Part shown: positions 22,771-36,299 of the stretch, in pieces | Numbering within the stretch: position 1 is the first letter of the stretch | Layout: every line of letters starts with the position of its first letter | NCBI RefSeq assembly: GCF_001194135.2 | Contig: NC_068997.1 | Coordinates: forward strand, 22,709,289-22,748,990 | Length of the DNA stretch: 39,702 nt | Origin: Octopus bimaculoides | Taxonomy: Eukaryota | Direction: 5' to 3' | Program-made: the position numbers and the translations under genes | Notes under the pieces: model-generated | Told to the model about the DNA's origin: nothing | The model's database searches: none | The model's input: the letters and a program-made list of their open reading frames with translations, nothing else

Positions 22771-24620
22771 TTTCATTCCAACTTCCACACTCTCAACTTC
22801 TACAATTGCCTTTTACACCCCTGTTTCCCCTCTAATTCCATTCACTGTATACACTCCCTATTCCACTACACAAACCTGCCTCTCCTTCCGCTGCCTACCT
22901 TCTCTTTTGTCATTACATTTTCGTTTGTCTTTCTTTATCCCACATCTACAAATTTGTCTCCATCATTCTCTCCCATCTCTGGCACCAAATCAATGCTCCT
23001 TCGCTGTTTGTCAAAGATTCTACTTTTCTCTCATGCATTATTTTGTAACAAAATGTGGCTATTATAGTCACTATTTCTCTATCTATCTTCTAAAGCCCAC
23101 CTCTCTTGAAGTACGAGCTCTTTTCCCTCCACTCTTTAACACTCCCACTTGTTGTAAGAAGCCTTTCCACTAAGGCGCAGGAGTGGCTGTGTGGTAAATA
23201 GCTTGCTTACCAACTACATGGTNNNNNNNNNNAACAACAACAGTAATGATAAGAACAACTGCAATTAAGCTACTACAACTACATCACCACCAACAACAGC
23301 AACCACAGCAACAACACAAACTTCTTTAATTGAGGTTTCTGCCCCCCCCCCCTAATACTCCCTAAAATTCCCTAATAATCTCGAAATGATCATAAATTTA
23401 TTTCCTTCAACGCTGGAACAGAGGACAGGGCACAGAACTCGACAGAACAAGACAAGCCTGGAAAGACCGCTGTCCGGTCCGATCCTTCTCAAGTTTGGTT
23501 ATTTATTGGCAGACATTTTGCTGTTTGTTTCCCCCCGTGTGTTTGTTTTTGTTGTTGTTTTGGTAATTATTGTTATTATTGTTATTTTCATTTTGGGTTT
23601 CTGTTTCTTTTCTTTTCTCTTCTCTTCTTTTCTTTTCCTCCTTTCTTAACTTCACGTTCATTCACCTCACCACGACGACGACCACCACCACCACCATCAC
23701 CACCACTACCACCACCAACACCNNNNNNNNNNNNNNNNNNNNNNNNNNNNNNNNNNNNNNNNNNNNNNNNNNNNNNNNNNNNNNNNNNNNNNNNNNNNNN
23801 NNNNNNNNNNNNNNNNNNNNNNNNNNNNNNNNNNNNNNNNNNNNNNNNNNNNNNNNNNNNNNNNNNNNNNNNNNNNNNNNNNNNNNNNNNNNNNNNNNNN
23901 NNNNNNNNNNNNNNNNNNNNNNNNNNNNNNNNNNNNNNNNNNNNNNNNNNNNNNNNNNNNNNNNNNNNNNNNNNNNNNNNNNNNNNNNNNNNNNNNNNNN
24001 NNNNNNNNNNNNNNNNNNNNNNNNNNNNNNNNNNNNNNNNNNNNNNNNNNNNNNNNNNNNNNNNNNNNNNNNNNNNNNNNNNNNNNNNNNNNNNNNNNNN
24101 NNNNNNNNNNNNNNNNNNNNNNNNNNNNNNNNNNNNNNNNNNNNNNNNNNNNNNNNNNNNNNNNNNNNNNNNNNNNNNNNNNNNNNNNNNNNNNNNNNNN
24201 NNNNNNNNNNNNNNNNNNNNNNNNNNNNNNNNNNNNNNNNNNNNNNNNNNNNNNNNNNNNNNNNNNNNNNNNNNNNNNNNNNNNNNNNNNNNNNNNNNNN
24301 NNNNNNNNNNNNNNNNNNNNNNNNNNNNNNNNNNNNNNNNNNNNNNNNNNNNNNNNNNNNNNNNNNNNNNNNNNNNNNNNNNNNNNNNNNNNNNNNNNNN
24401 NNNNNNNNNNNNNNNNNNNNNNNNNNNNNNNNNNNNNNNNNNNNNNNNNNNNNNNNNNNNNNNNNNNNNNNNNNNNNNNNNNNNNNNNNNNNNNNNNNNN
24501 NNNNNNNNNNNNNNNNNNNNNNNNNNNNNNNNNNNNNNNNNNNNNNNNNNNNNNNNNNNNNNNNNNNNNNNNNNNNNNNNNTTTAACACTCCCACTTGTT
24601 GTAAGAAGCCTTTCCACTAA

Positions 24621-24716
24621 GGCGCAGGAGTGGCTGTGTGGTAAATAGCTTGCTTACCAACTACATGGTTCCGGGTTCAGTCTCACTGCGTGGCACCTTG
24701 GGCAAGTGTCTTCTAC
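24621..24716 (+). mobile_element. SINE family B tRNA-like head (3'-truncated)
   Basis: GGCGCAGGAGTGGCTGTGTGGTAAATAGC...GGTTCAGTCTCA...GTGGCACCTTGGGCAAGTGTCTTC; also present at 23174-23222, probably an assembly duplicate. Confidence 0.85.
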
Positions 24717-24845
24717 ATACTCATACATATTTAAACGATAACCTTATGTATGTATTTATGTATGCATCCATACAGGCATGCATGTATGTATGTATATATG
24801 TATGTATGTATGTATTTATGTGTGCATGTGTGCATGCATGCATGC

Positions 24846-24878
<33 letters not shown>

Positions 24879-24984
24879 TGTATGTATTTTGGGAGACGGT
24901 AATTCACTCAATTGTCCATGGTGTAAATTCAACCGTTCGTATAATGATCAGAGAATAATATATATAACAATAAATAAATGTTCA

Positions 24985-25300
24985 TGGAGCGATTGTCATT
25001 AGTGAAGAAGGGATCTGTAATCAGATGTGTTCCAGGTCAAAGGTGACTGGACTAATACGGTGTAAAAGGAGACTACCTAGTCCAAGCTTATGGCGATTAT
25101 GTGCAAATACTCCGCGTCGCTAGTTTAATCCGTGACTAGACTAATGGAGCAGCAGCGTCACTATTATTTAGTGGAAGTAAAACATGCTATAGAGTAATCC
25201 AGTTTGACATTGGAGCCGTCATGTACGTCTATATCAAAACCCGTCGTATTGACAGTTATGGATTCCGAGAATTTACTGCAATTAATGGTAGAAATACTGC
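24985..25300 (-). pseudogene. Possible highly decayed cadherin-repeat fragment
   Basis: ITVNTTGFDIDVHDGSNVKLDYSI...SLD*VVSFYTVLVQSPL, then after a frameshift TNDNRS. Order and spacing resemble DxDxGxN..YSI / LDYE..Y.L.V / DxNDNxP; many stops. Confidence 0.3.
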
Positions 25301-25304
25301 ATAA

Positions 25305-25507
25305 TATTGGTTTCAAATTTTGGCACAAAGCCAGTAAGTTCAAGGAGTGGATAAGGAGATTACATCGACACTCTCCCCTCGACTCCATGTTTGATTGGTA
25401 CTTATTTTATCGACCCCGAAAGAATGAAAGGCAAAATCGACCTCGGCGGAATTTGAACTGAGAACATAATGTCGGTCGAAATGTCACTAAGCGTGCTACC
25501 GATTCTA

Positions 25508-25510
<3 letters not shown>
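25305..25510 (-). mobile_element. SINE family A copy
   Basis: TGGTACTTATTTTATCGACCCCGAAAGAATGAAAGGCAAAATCGACCTCGGCGGAATTTGAAC. Confidence 0.85.
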
Positions 25511-25552
<42 letters not shown>

Positions 25553-26689
25553 CGTGCGTGCGTGCTCATGTGTGTATATGATGGTTTCTTGGGATTCGGT
25601 GAGGCATTTAAGTCAAGGAATTCCCCCAGAAGATGCACAACTATCATCAGAGTTAACCCCACTCTTATTTTCTCTTTCTCTCTCACCCTTTCTCTTTCTC
25701 TCTCACCCTTTCTCTTTCCCCCCCCCCCTCTTACAAGAGCTGCTTATTGATATAAAAACCAAGCAGAGACGATTTTGATATCCACTGTGGGTGCGTGACG
25801 GGGGCCGAAGTTTACTTTACAGCTCATGTTTTATGCCTCTCTTTTATGATCGAGTGTTGATTTCAACGAATGTGTTTCTGTCGGTTGTTTTACATAATTC
25901 TGTCTACGGAATAATAATATGACGCAATCAGCATGTTTTTGAAAACTAAAACTAACGTTAGTTTATCCAATTTCACGTCGTTCATTATCATCATGATTCT
26001 CGAAACTATAATTTTCTAAAAGCACACCATTTCGGTAAAGCTTCCTGACTCTTTCATTTAACTAGAATTTGTTTGTTTAAAAGGAACAAAATCGGAGATT
26101 AATATGTCACAATGTGTCGTGCTTTGAAGGTATCCGAAGCATTGAGTAACTCGGATGGTTCCTGTTCAAGGAAGTGGACGGCAATTTTAATGGAATTCGT
26201 TAATTTTCACATGGGTGGCGGGATCTGAATTTCAAAGAATGACGCCTGCCGTTCATGCGATGTATAGATCTAACAAAACCATAGTCTGGAAGTATAGTCC
26301 CTGTTTATTCATGATATTATCACTCACGCTTGCATACAAGCATAGACATGTATGCTTATATATGTATATGTACAAGTATATTGATGTGTGCTTGTGTGCG
26401 TATGTGTATGTATGTATGTATTATCTGATCCCATTTTCACTTTGTCTATTTGTCTGTCTGTTTCTCTGTCTCTCTTTCTTTATCCCCCCTCTCTCTCTCT
26501 CTCTTTCTCTCTCTTACATTTGCAGCTAAACAAGTTACCTAACCGAATAATTATATACTAAAACCATGGAATTTAGTCTGACTATCGATAATAATGTTTA
26601 ACCACAAACATAGACACGCGCGCGCAGACACCCACCGACAAACAAACAAATACACACGTGCATATGCATTTGTATGTGATTAAAAATGA

Positions 26690-26709
26690 AAGCAAACAAG
26701 CAAGCAAGC

Positions 26710-26765
<56 letters not shown>
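26690..26765. repeat. (GCAA)n/(GAAA)n microsatellite
   Basis: Directly visible. Confidence 0.95.
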
Positions 26766-27572
26766 CCGAAAGAATTAAAGAAAGATGAAGTAAATGAGAG
26801 GAAAAAGAAAAATGAAAATGAATGAAATCAAAAACGAAGAAACAAATGAAAGAAAGACCGAAAGAAATACGGAAAGGAGGAGAAATAAAATCGTTCGCAA
26901 GGTTTGACATTAAAATTAAGGAGCAGTTTGCAGAGGTTGAAAAGTTGCTCTTTGGTTATTTAGAAAAGGGATCACAACTGCACTTGAATTGATGTTGTTG
27001 GTGTTGATTTATCACGGAGGGATCTTGGTGTTGAACGTTTTGGGTAAAAACCTTGAATTATCCTTTTTTTTTGCTGCCCATTAATCGTTGTAACAGCCAG
27101 ACGAAAACAAACGATCTTTCACCTCACGTACACACATACACACATGTACACACGAACACACATACTTAGCGGTGTGAGAGAGAGAAAGAAGGCTTTAACA
27201 AAAGCCTGTTTATCATTTGCCTCTCTCTTTTTATATCCTTGTCTTTCACTTCTTATTATTCTCTATCATCTTCCCTTGCTATTTTCCTCTCTCTTTCCCC
27301 CCTCTCTTTCTCTCCCACTCAGTTTCTCGGTTGTTGTCTGTTGTTATTAGACCCCCAGGGTAATCCCTCACTGAGTTAACCTATGCTCAAATACTCTCCG
27401 CAGGCATGACCATCCCGGTTGATTTGGTATTCCAAGAAAAGCCACCACTACATTGCATTATCCAATACGCCTCATTTCTAAAGATGTTGATATATATATA
27501 TATATATATACAGGAAATTTGACTGACATTTTTAGCGCATACAGTAACCACATCCAGGCATCATCTGCTAAT

Positions 27573-27966
27573 GTGTTGTGTGTGTTGGCACTCCGTCGCT
27601 TACGACGTCGAGGGTTCCAGTTGATCCGATCAACGGAACAGCCTGCTCGTGAAATTAACGTGCAAGTGGCTGAGCACTCCACAGACACGTGTACCCTTAA
27701 CGTAGTTCTCAGGGAGATTCAGTGTGACACAGTGTGACAAGGCTGACCCTTTGAATTACAGGCACAAAGCAGAAACAGGAAGTAAGAGTGAGAGAAAGTT
27801 GTGGTGGAAGAGTACAGCAGGGTTCGCCACCATCCCTTGCCGGAGCCTCGTGGAGCTTTAGGTGTTTTCGCTCAATAAACACTCACAACGCACCTTCTGG
27901 GAATCGAAACCGCGATCCTATGACCGCGAGTCCGCTACCCTAACCACTGGGCCATTACGCCTCCAC
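27573..27966 (-). mobile_element. Near full-length SINE family D (tRNA-derived head, CA-rich tail)
   Basis: Head GTGGAGGCGTAATGGCCCAGTGGTTAGGGTAGCGGACTCGCGGTC...GGTTTCGATTCCC has A and B boxes; body fragments recur at 12012 and about 2303-2360. Confidence 0.85.
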
Positions 27967-28655
27967 ATCAGCTAATGTAATATGGTGCTAACTTCCTCTT
28001 CGTTTTGGATTTTATTTATCTTTCTTTCTTACTTTGTTTCCCTATATTTTAGTATCACCTTCGGGCCTTCATCTTCTATATTTTCTTTTCTATTAGTAAC
28101 CCAAGGCCAGAAAATAGGTATGAAATATGTAATAAAGAAACAGGACAAAGAAGCGCTTAAAAGCCTAAGATTCAACCGTAAATTCAACTTTGTGTGTGTA
28201 CCTGTGTGTGTACGTGCGTGTGCGTGTGTTTGTGCGCGAGAGAGAGAAGGCGCGAGAGTATGTGGATATGTGTGTGCGTATGTGCGTGCGTGTGTGTGTA
28301 TGAATGTGTGTGTGCGAACCTGCGATTGTGTGTGTGCGTGCTATAACGGAAATACTTCAAACTGCAACAAAATTTAACCCAAATCTACAATGCAGTAAAT
28401 GCTCCCACAGAAAGTACATCAGTGGTTGATTACATCTAAAACAAGGCCATCTGTCTGAGAGACATGGAATCGGTATTCAATGAACAGTCCCCAGGCATTG
28501 TGTTTCCTCTCTAGATATTTTGATCTCTGCTCCTCGAATCTGCCTGCTCTTGTGAAATCATTAACCACACATTTCCCACTCAGCTATCGCTCGTCCTCTC
28601 GTTACCTAGATTTTGACCATTGTACTCAATGTAACATTAACCACAACACATATTT

Positions 28656-28849
28656 TACTCTTTTACTTGTTTCAGTCATTTGACTGCGGCCATGCTGGAG
28701 CACCGCCTGTAGTCGAGCAAATCGACCCCAGGACTTATTCTTTCTAAGCCTAGTACTTATTCTATCGGTTTTTTGGCCGAACCGCTAAGTTACGGGGGAC
28801 GTAAACACACCAGCATCGATTGTCAAGCGATGTTGGGGGACAAACACAG

Positions 28850-28883
<34 letters not shown>

Positions 28884-29460
28884 ATATATACGACGGGCTT
28901 CTTTCAGTTTCCGTCTACCAAATCCACTCACAANNNNNNNNNNNNNNNNNNNNNNNNNNNNNNNNNNNNNNNNNNNNNNNNNNNNNNNNNNNNNNNNNNN
29001 NNNNNNNNNNNNNNNNNNNNNNNNNNNNNNNNNNNNNNNNNNNNNNNNNNNNNNNNNNNNNNNNNNNNNNNNNNNNNNNNNNNNNNNNNNNNNNNNNNNN
29101 NNNNNNNNNNNNNNNNNNNNNNNNNNNNNNNNNNNNNNNNNNNNNNNNNNNNNNNNNNNNNNNNNNNNNNNNNNNNNNNNNNNNNNNNNNNNNNNNNNNN
29201 NNNNNNNNNNNNNNNNNNNNNNNNNNNNNNNNNNNNNNNNNNNNNNNNNNNNNNNNNNNNNNNNNNNNNNNNNNNNNNNNNNNNNNNNNNNNNNNNNNNN
29301 NNNNNNNNNNNNNNNNNNNNNNNNNNNNNNNNNNNNNNNNNNNNNNNNNNNNNNNNNNNNNNNNNNNNNNNNNNNNNNNNNNNNNNCAAAGTGCTACGCA
29401 ATGGGATTGAACTCGGAACCGTGTGGTTGGGAAGCAAGCTGCTTACCACACAGCCACTCC
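28656..29460 (-). mobile_element. SINE family B with internal microsatellite (partly in gap)
   Basis: Tail (TACTCTTT repeats, CATTTGACTGCGGCCATGCTGGAGCACCGCC), then (CA/TA)n, then head region; same layout as 32628-33272. Confidence 0.85.
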
Positions 29461-29717
29461 AGATACATTTACACTGGTGTAAATAAGAAATAGAAAGTGC
29501 GTGCGCCTCAACATCAAGCAAAAGGTCACTTACGGGTTGTTGGTTTGAGTATCGGGTGTGTCTGTGTGTGTATCTACGCATGTAATTATGTATATACATA
29601 TACACAGATATATAGACCTATATATACGTTTACATATAGACATATATATGCGTTTATACGCACAAACGCACATAATGTATGTATGTATGTATGTATGCTT
29701 GTATGCATATTTGACAG

Positions 29718-29886
29718 TGCTGGAGCGGCCGGCTGTTGTATGGCGTTAGAGCTATATAAATTTTCATTGTCTGATGACATGTTTATTGCGAAGCATCCGT
29801 ACAACTTCCGTGTCATATCTCAGCTGACCAAGCTCTCAGTTCAAGCTAGTCATTCAACGAACGACGCTGGGGGATTACAGTTGTAA
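29718..29886 (+). CDS. Weak candidate terminal exon (AGAAGCCMALELYKFSLSDDMFIAKHPYNFRVISQLTKLSVQASHSTNDAGGLQL*)
   Basis: ACAG acceptor with a weak pyrimidine tract, 55 open codons in non-repetitive sequence, AATAAA at 29926-29931. Confidence 0.15.
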
Positions 29887-30379
29887 AACGGGCTTCCTTC
29901 AAACATTCAAGTAAGACGTACGAATAATAAAAAAAAAAGGAAAGGGAAAAAAAAATCGTCTTTCGGCTGTAGAGTCAAGATCTGTTTTCACTAAACTACC
30001 TCCTGTTTCTTTGAATTCACATACAGATATCAGATACGGGCTTGTATAAGTACGTATGTTCTTCTTGTGGTAGAGTTGTTTGGTGCTATTCTTCCTTTTT
30101 TTTTTAAGTATGTATATATGTCAGTATATGTACGCAATGGTGTATGTATATGTGTGTATATGTATATATGAGTGCAATACACACACACACACATACACAC
30201 ATATATANNNNNNNNNNNNNNNNNNNNNNNNNNNNNNNNNNNNNNNNNNNNNNNNNNNNNNNNNNNNNNNNNNNNNNNNNNNNNNNNNNNNNNNNNNNNN
30301 NNNNNNNNNNNNNNNNNNNNNNNNNNNNNNNNNNNNNNNNNNNNNNNNNNNNNNNNNNNNNNNNNNNNNNNNNNNNNNN

Positions 30380-30580
30380 ATATGCATATATACGTACATG
30401 TATGTACATGCCTACATCTACATGTATATATAGATGCATATCTGGGTACAGGACGTTGCAAAAAAACCTGGACAAAATGATAAACAGAGTACAGAAGACA
30501 CACAGGCCACATAAAGAACATTTCCTTCATCAGCTGCCACCATTCTAAAACTAAGCGTTTCGAAGAGTTAGGGCTCTTGT
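30380..30580 (-). mobile_element. Dispersed repeat with GAAAC...CTGATGA motifs (PLE-tail-like), copy 1
   Basis: Homologous to 38201-38430. Confidence 0.7.
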
Positions 30581-31087
30581 TATAAAATATCTGCTGCATT
30601 AAGTTAACTTATTCTCTAAGAAAAAAAATTAAAGGAAAAAAGTCGCCCATGAATGCACAATACATTTGAAGCGATAACTTTGACGATACAACATATAAAG
30701 GTTTGCATTGTACATAGTCTGAAATAATGCACTTGAGTACTTCAATATATTGGTGTCAAGGTATGGTGTGCTGATGAACAAAACATGATTGATATAAAGC
30801 AGGGAGGTGTCAAATAAAAGACAACGAAGTACTTCACCAAGAAATGGCGATGGTGTGTAGGCAAGAGTTTTATGATGCAAATATTTTGTTTCCAAATACA
30901 CATTCGTACCATTTCTCTCCCTTCCTTCGCTCTTCGTTCCCCTGTCTTATTCTGTTTCCTTGTCTATCTTTCTCTCTAGCTCTGCCAGTTTTTATATCTG
31001 TCAATATCAATGCTTATTAAGTAAGACATACATACATACATGCACGAACGCTCGCACACACACACTCACACATGCATGCACGCATGC

Positions 31088-31118
<31 letters not shown>

Positions 31119-31232
31119 CATACACTCACATGTCATGCACACACATGGGTATGTACACAACCATGTATGTATGCAGGTATATAGTAGTAGTGCATATGTG
31201 TGTGTTTGTATGCGTGCGTGTGTTATTCGTGT

Positions 31233-31281
<49 letters not shown>

Positions 31282-32190
31282 NNNNNNNNNNNNNNNNNNN
31301 NNNNNNNNNNNNNNNNNNNNNNNNNNNNNNNNNNNNNNNNNNNNNNNNNNNNNNNNNNNNNNNNNNNNNNNNNNNNNNNNNNNNNNNNNNNNNNNNNNNN
31401 NNNNNNNNNNNNNNNNNNNNNNNNNNNNNNNNNNNNNNNNNNNNNNNNNNNNNNNNNNNNNNNNNNNNNNNNNNNNNNNNNNNNNNNNNNNNNNNNNNNN
31501 NNNNNNNNNNNNNNNNNNNNNNNNNNNNNNNNNNNNNNNNNNNNNNNNNNNNNNNNNNNNNNNNNNNNNNNNNNNNNNNNNNNNNNNNNNNNNNNNNNNN
31601 NNNNNNNNNNNNNNNNNNNNNNNNNNNNNNNNNNNNNNNNNNNNNNNNNNNNNNNNNNNNNNNNNNNNNNNNNNNNNNNNNNNNNNNNNNNNNNNNNNNN
31701 NNNNNNNNNNNNNNNNNNNNNNNNNNNNNNNNNNNNNNNNNNNNNNNNNNNNNNNNNNNNNNNNNNNNNNNNNNNNNNNNNNNNNNNNNNNNNNNNNNNN
31801 NNNNNNNNNNNNNNNNNNNNNNNNNNNNNNNNNNNNNNNNNNNNNNNNNNNNNNNNNNNNNNNNNNNNNNNNNNNNNNNNNNNNNNNNNNNNNNNNNNNN
31901 NNNNNNNNNNNNNNNNNNNNNNNNNNNNNNNNNNNNNNNNNNNNNNNNNNNNNNNNNNNNNNNNNNNNNNNNNNNNNNNNNNNNNNNNNNNNNNNNNNNN
32001 NNNNNNNNNNNNNNNNNNNNNNNNNNNNNNNNNNNNNNNNNNNNNNNNNNNNNNNNNNNNNNNNNNNNNNNNNNNNNNNNNNNNNNNNNNNNNNNNNNNN
32101 NNNNNNNNNNNNNNNNNNNNNNNNNNNNNNNNNNNNNNNNNNNNNNNNNNNNNNNNNNNNNNNNNNNNNNNNNNNNNNNNNNNNNNNNNN

Positions 32191-32259
<69 letters not shown>

Positions 32260-32627
32260 TGAAAGAGGGAGTGCGAGAAATACTCAATGTTTCCTATTTT
32301 CATTATTCATCCATTTATTTATTTATTGCATTATCTTCACTGTTTTTAAATTTCGTCCACGTTTTGTTGAACTTTCTCTCTCTCACTCAATACACATTTA
32401 AAAATCAAATACGAGAAAAGACAATAAATGGTAGAAAAATAGGAAGAAATAAACAAAACAAATCATAAAGGGAGATAATTTAATATTCGCTTGATACCAG
32501 GCTATAGTCGTATGTAGGCCTTCAATTCTTCAAGCTAACGAGCAAATAGTTTAATAACTTCGTCGTAATGAAGCATTATTAATAGAACTTCAAGAATGCT
32601 TGTGTTGATCTTACCACTGAACAGGCA

Positions 32628-32914
32628 TACTCTCTTTTACTCTTTTACTTGTTTCAGTCATTTGACTGCGGCCATGCTGGAGCACCGCCTTTAGTCGAGC
32701 AAATCGACCCCAAGACTTATTCTTTGTAAGCCTAGTACTTATTCTATCGGTCTCTTTTACCGAGCCGCTAAGTTACGGGGACGTAAACACAACAGCATCG
32801 GTTGTCAAGCGATGTTGGGGGGGGGACAAACACAGACACACAAACATATATATACACACACACACANNNNNNNNNNNNNNNNNNNNNNNNNNNNNNNNNN
32901 NNNNNNNNNNNNNN

Positions 32915-32960
<46 letters not shown>

Positions 32961-33272
32961 CAAAGAATATATATACATGTATACACACATATATGTACAT
33001 ACTTACATCTACATGTGTATATGTATATATATATATGTATATATATATATACATATATACGGCGGGCTTCTTTCAGTTTCCGTCTACCAAATCCACTCAC
33101 AAGGCTTTGGTCGGCCCGAGGCTATAGTAGAAGANNNNNNNNNNCCGTCTACCAAATCCACTCACAAGGCTTTGGTCGGCCCGAGGCTATAGTAGAAGAC
33201 ACTTGCCCAAGGTGCCATGCAGTGGGACTGAGCCCGGAACCAAGCTACTTACCACACAGCCACTTCAACGCC
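32628..33272 (-). mobile_element. Full-length SINE family B with internal (TA)n(TG)n microsatellite
   Basis: On the minus strand: tRNA-like head, GGCACCTTGGGCAAGTGTCTTC, microsatellite, conserved body, (AAAAGAGT)n tail. Confidence 0.9.
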
Positions 33273-33786
33273 TATAGGCATGGGTAACTATTTTGAGAAT
33301 CGAGCTGCATGTGACGCACTGCTGAAACAACTGAAAGTAATTTTTCGTTATGCATGACATTCAGAATGTCATGCGAGCCGCACCTTGCCCATAGCATATT
33401 TCCCACTAGTTTTCCTAGAAAAAGCAGCCTAAAGGTGACTCAGATCCAACACCTTGATCTCCTTATATCAAGTAGGACATAGACATATCCTTTTCAAAGT
33501 TCTTCTATGTCATGTGTACAGATTACTAATAAACATATTGACGGGGCCGAAATGTAAATGCTTATAACAGACACTCCCGACATAGACGATTCCGCGAGAA
33601 AGGGTGGTATTCAACCCTTGTAATAACTGGTACTTTACATATCGAAACCGAAAACAGCAAACCAAAATAGGCTTCAGTGACATTTGAACACAAAGGACCA
33701 GAATAAATACTACAAGTTATTCTATCCGCTGCACTACTACTTTGCCAGTACCGTACCTTATGAATACAAGGGGCATTTGTAATGTG

Positions 33787-33863
<77 letters not shown>

Positions 33864-34988
33864 TAAATAAATAAATAACAATGAGGTAGTCATGGCTGGA
33901 GTGTACATAGAACGAACATCTCTTCAGCTAGGAGCTGAACAACAATATTAAGCAAAAAATTCCAGTGTTGGACTTTTCACTTTTCAGCGGTTCGGCTAAA
34001 GTGACCAATAAAATGAGTAGAAGACTTAAAACAAACACTGGCGTGAATCTGCGCAACAATTGGGTCAACCCAGCATGGCCACAGGTTAATGACTGAAACA
34101 AGTAAAATAAATAAACAAATATGATACACACAAACACAAGCACAAACACACACACACACATGCACACGTATACATCTATGCTTATAAATCCGTTACGTCA
34201 AACAGCTGTATTTTATTAAGATAGCAAGCTGTGTATTATACTTAATATATTTTTTATCCTTTAAGCCTATCAACCGCGGGACTTGTGGATTTTAGTCGAA
34301 CAAATCGACCCAAGAGTACTCAGTTTTTTAAAACTCTGGTACTTATTCTAGTCTGTTTTAACGAACTGCTAAGTTACGAGGACGTAAACAAACGAACAAA
34401 TATAAACACTAAGACCCACAAACATAGGATATATAAAAATATATGTGCATGTGCGTGTGTAGGTGAACGTGTGTTCGTGCATGTGTGTGTGTATGCGTGT
34501 ACATGCGCACGCATACAAACATACACGCTCATACAATGTTTGTTGACAAAAATGCATGGAGCATCCTGATCGGTTCCAATCCTTGAATTGGGATTTCATT
34601 GGGAACTGCGGTCCCTCTTGAGCTGTCCACGATCACACAGCTTTTAACTATATTACAATAAAGGAATTAATTAAATAGGCCCTGAGGAATATGCATTTTC
34701 TGCCAGTAGATTACTTTAGGTTACGAATGTTTATGTGTAACTGTACTGCTTACACCAAAATACAGTTAGTTGTTGGTAGTTATTCGTTTAAACGTCAAAA
34801 ACAACCGAGATTCAACTCACACATGCGCACGTACATGCCCACACACAAATACACGCAGTTACAAACACGTGTGAATATGCTGGTACATGTGTTCATGTAT
34901 GGAAAGTATGTGTGTGTATATGCGTCTATAAGGATGTATGGAACTATATACGTGCACATCAGTAAGTATGTATGTATATGTATATGTA

Positions 34989-35028
<40 letters not shown>

Positions 35029-35029
35029 G

Positions 35030-35068
<39 letters not shown>

Positions 35069-35084
35069 NNNNNNNNNNNNNNNN

Positions 35085-35134
<50 letters not shown>

Positions 35135-35646
35135 ATGTATATGGGATATCGGTGAAAGGTCCTCACGTTATCAATTAGGTTAAAGTTATCACCAAGGTTA
35201 AGTCCCAGATTCTAACAATTCTCGGCACTTGTCATGTCTCTAATTTCTTTCTTTTTTTCTATCTTTCTTTCTTTCTTTCTTTCTATTTATTTCTACACCC
35301 GGCTTCAATAAGAAGAACATTGTTTTCCCTACACTACTTCTGTTGAGGACAAATCTACATCAAACTCCAGCCTACCGTCTTTTTTTTATTATTTTTTTTT
35401 TTAATAAATTGACGAATCGAATGTAAGCCTAAAGACATTCTAGATGAAAAAAAAAAAACAAAACAAAAAAAAAACAATCGAAACAGATATAGACGAGATA
35501 GTCGCAGCTGGAATGGCTTTTAATCGTGATTATTTGATCAGCGTTGCCTAGCGGTTAAATAACAAGGACCGCATTTGTAGTGAAGTTTCTATGCAGTCCA
35601 TGGATTTACTAAAAACTACAACGAAATCTCACTTCAGTCATAATCC

Positions 35647-35685
35647 CATTACAATCTGATGACACAAAAGAAACGTCTGATAATG
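35647..35685 (+). ncRNA. Collapsed hammerhead-like relic
   Basis: CATTACAAT-CTGATGA-CACAAAA-GAAAC-GTC-TGATAATG: core and GUC intact, helix II absent, helix I imperfect. Confidence 0.35.
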
Positions 35686-36299
35686 CAATTACACTGTGTA
35701 ACACGATTTTTGTTCTTGAGTTGCAACTGTTATTTCTTATTTGCTTAGCCATAGAAAGTATGAGGAACGGTTAATATTTCCTTCAACCTATGCTTTTGTT
35801 ACATTTATTCAAACCCCAAAGAATCCTTCTCAACAAACGGGGTAGGATGCTTCCCATTACTTCTGCTCATGATCAGAAATGCACATAGTGTCAGTCACTA
35901 TGGAACATGCTCAAGTGGTTAAGGTCAAGTATCTGACTAGCAAGTCCGAGGTATTGAGCAGAATATTTGCTATTACGATGTTTCTGCTTCAGCAACTCAG
36001 CGCTGAATCTGTCCGAAAAATAATGGAATATCGGTTAGTTTCAAAGAATTCACCTCCAGATGTCAAAAGCGAAGTTTGAAGAGAATAGTAGTCATTCCCT
36101 TTGATTTCTCGATAGCAAATAGGAAATATCACTTAGGAAACTAATATTAGTTTCAAAAGGTATTTTGCTTAACGTGAATGTTTTGTTAGAAAGCCAACAA
36201 ATCCTCCTCTTCCTCCTCTTCCTCCTCTTCCTCCTCTTCCTCCTCTTCCTCCTCTTTTTGCTTGGTGATCTCTGACAATTATATCCAGCCTATTGGCCT

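Noticed and set aside
22598-23173. 192-codon stop-free plus frame
   Set aside because: C/A- and pyrimidine-rich, G-poor composition suppresses stop codons; the peptide is low-complexity.
23135-24669. Identical 88-bp direct repeat (23135-23222 and 24582-24669)
   Set aside because: It sits at contig edges beside gaps and includes unique flank plus the SINE head; most likely an unmerged assembly overlap.
28400-28580. 54-codon minus frame (KCVVNDFTRAGRF...VLDVINH)
   Set aside because: No splice signals or recognisable domain; similarity to a restriction-like endonuclease is too vague.
11441-29790. Other CTGATGA hits (11441, about 19270 minus, about 25645 minus, about 29771)
   Set aside because: They lack a correctly placed GAAA, helix II or NUH triplet.
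33080-33199. 55-bp tandem duplicate across a 10-N gap
   Set aside because: Scaffolding artefact inside a SINE.
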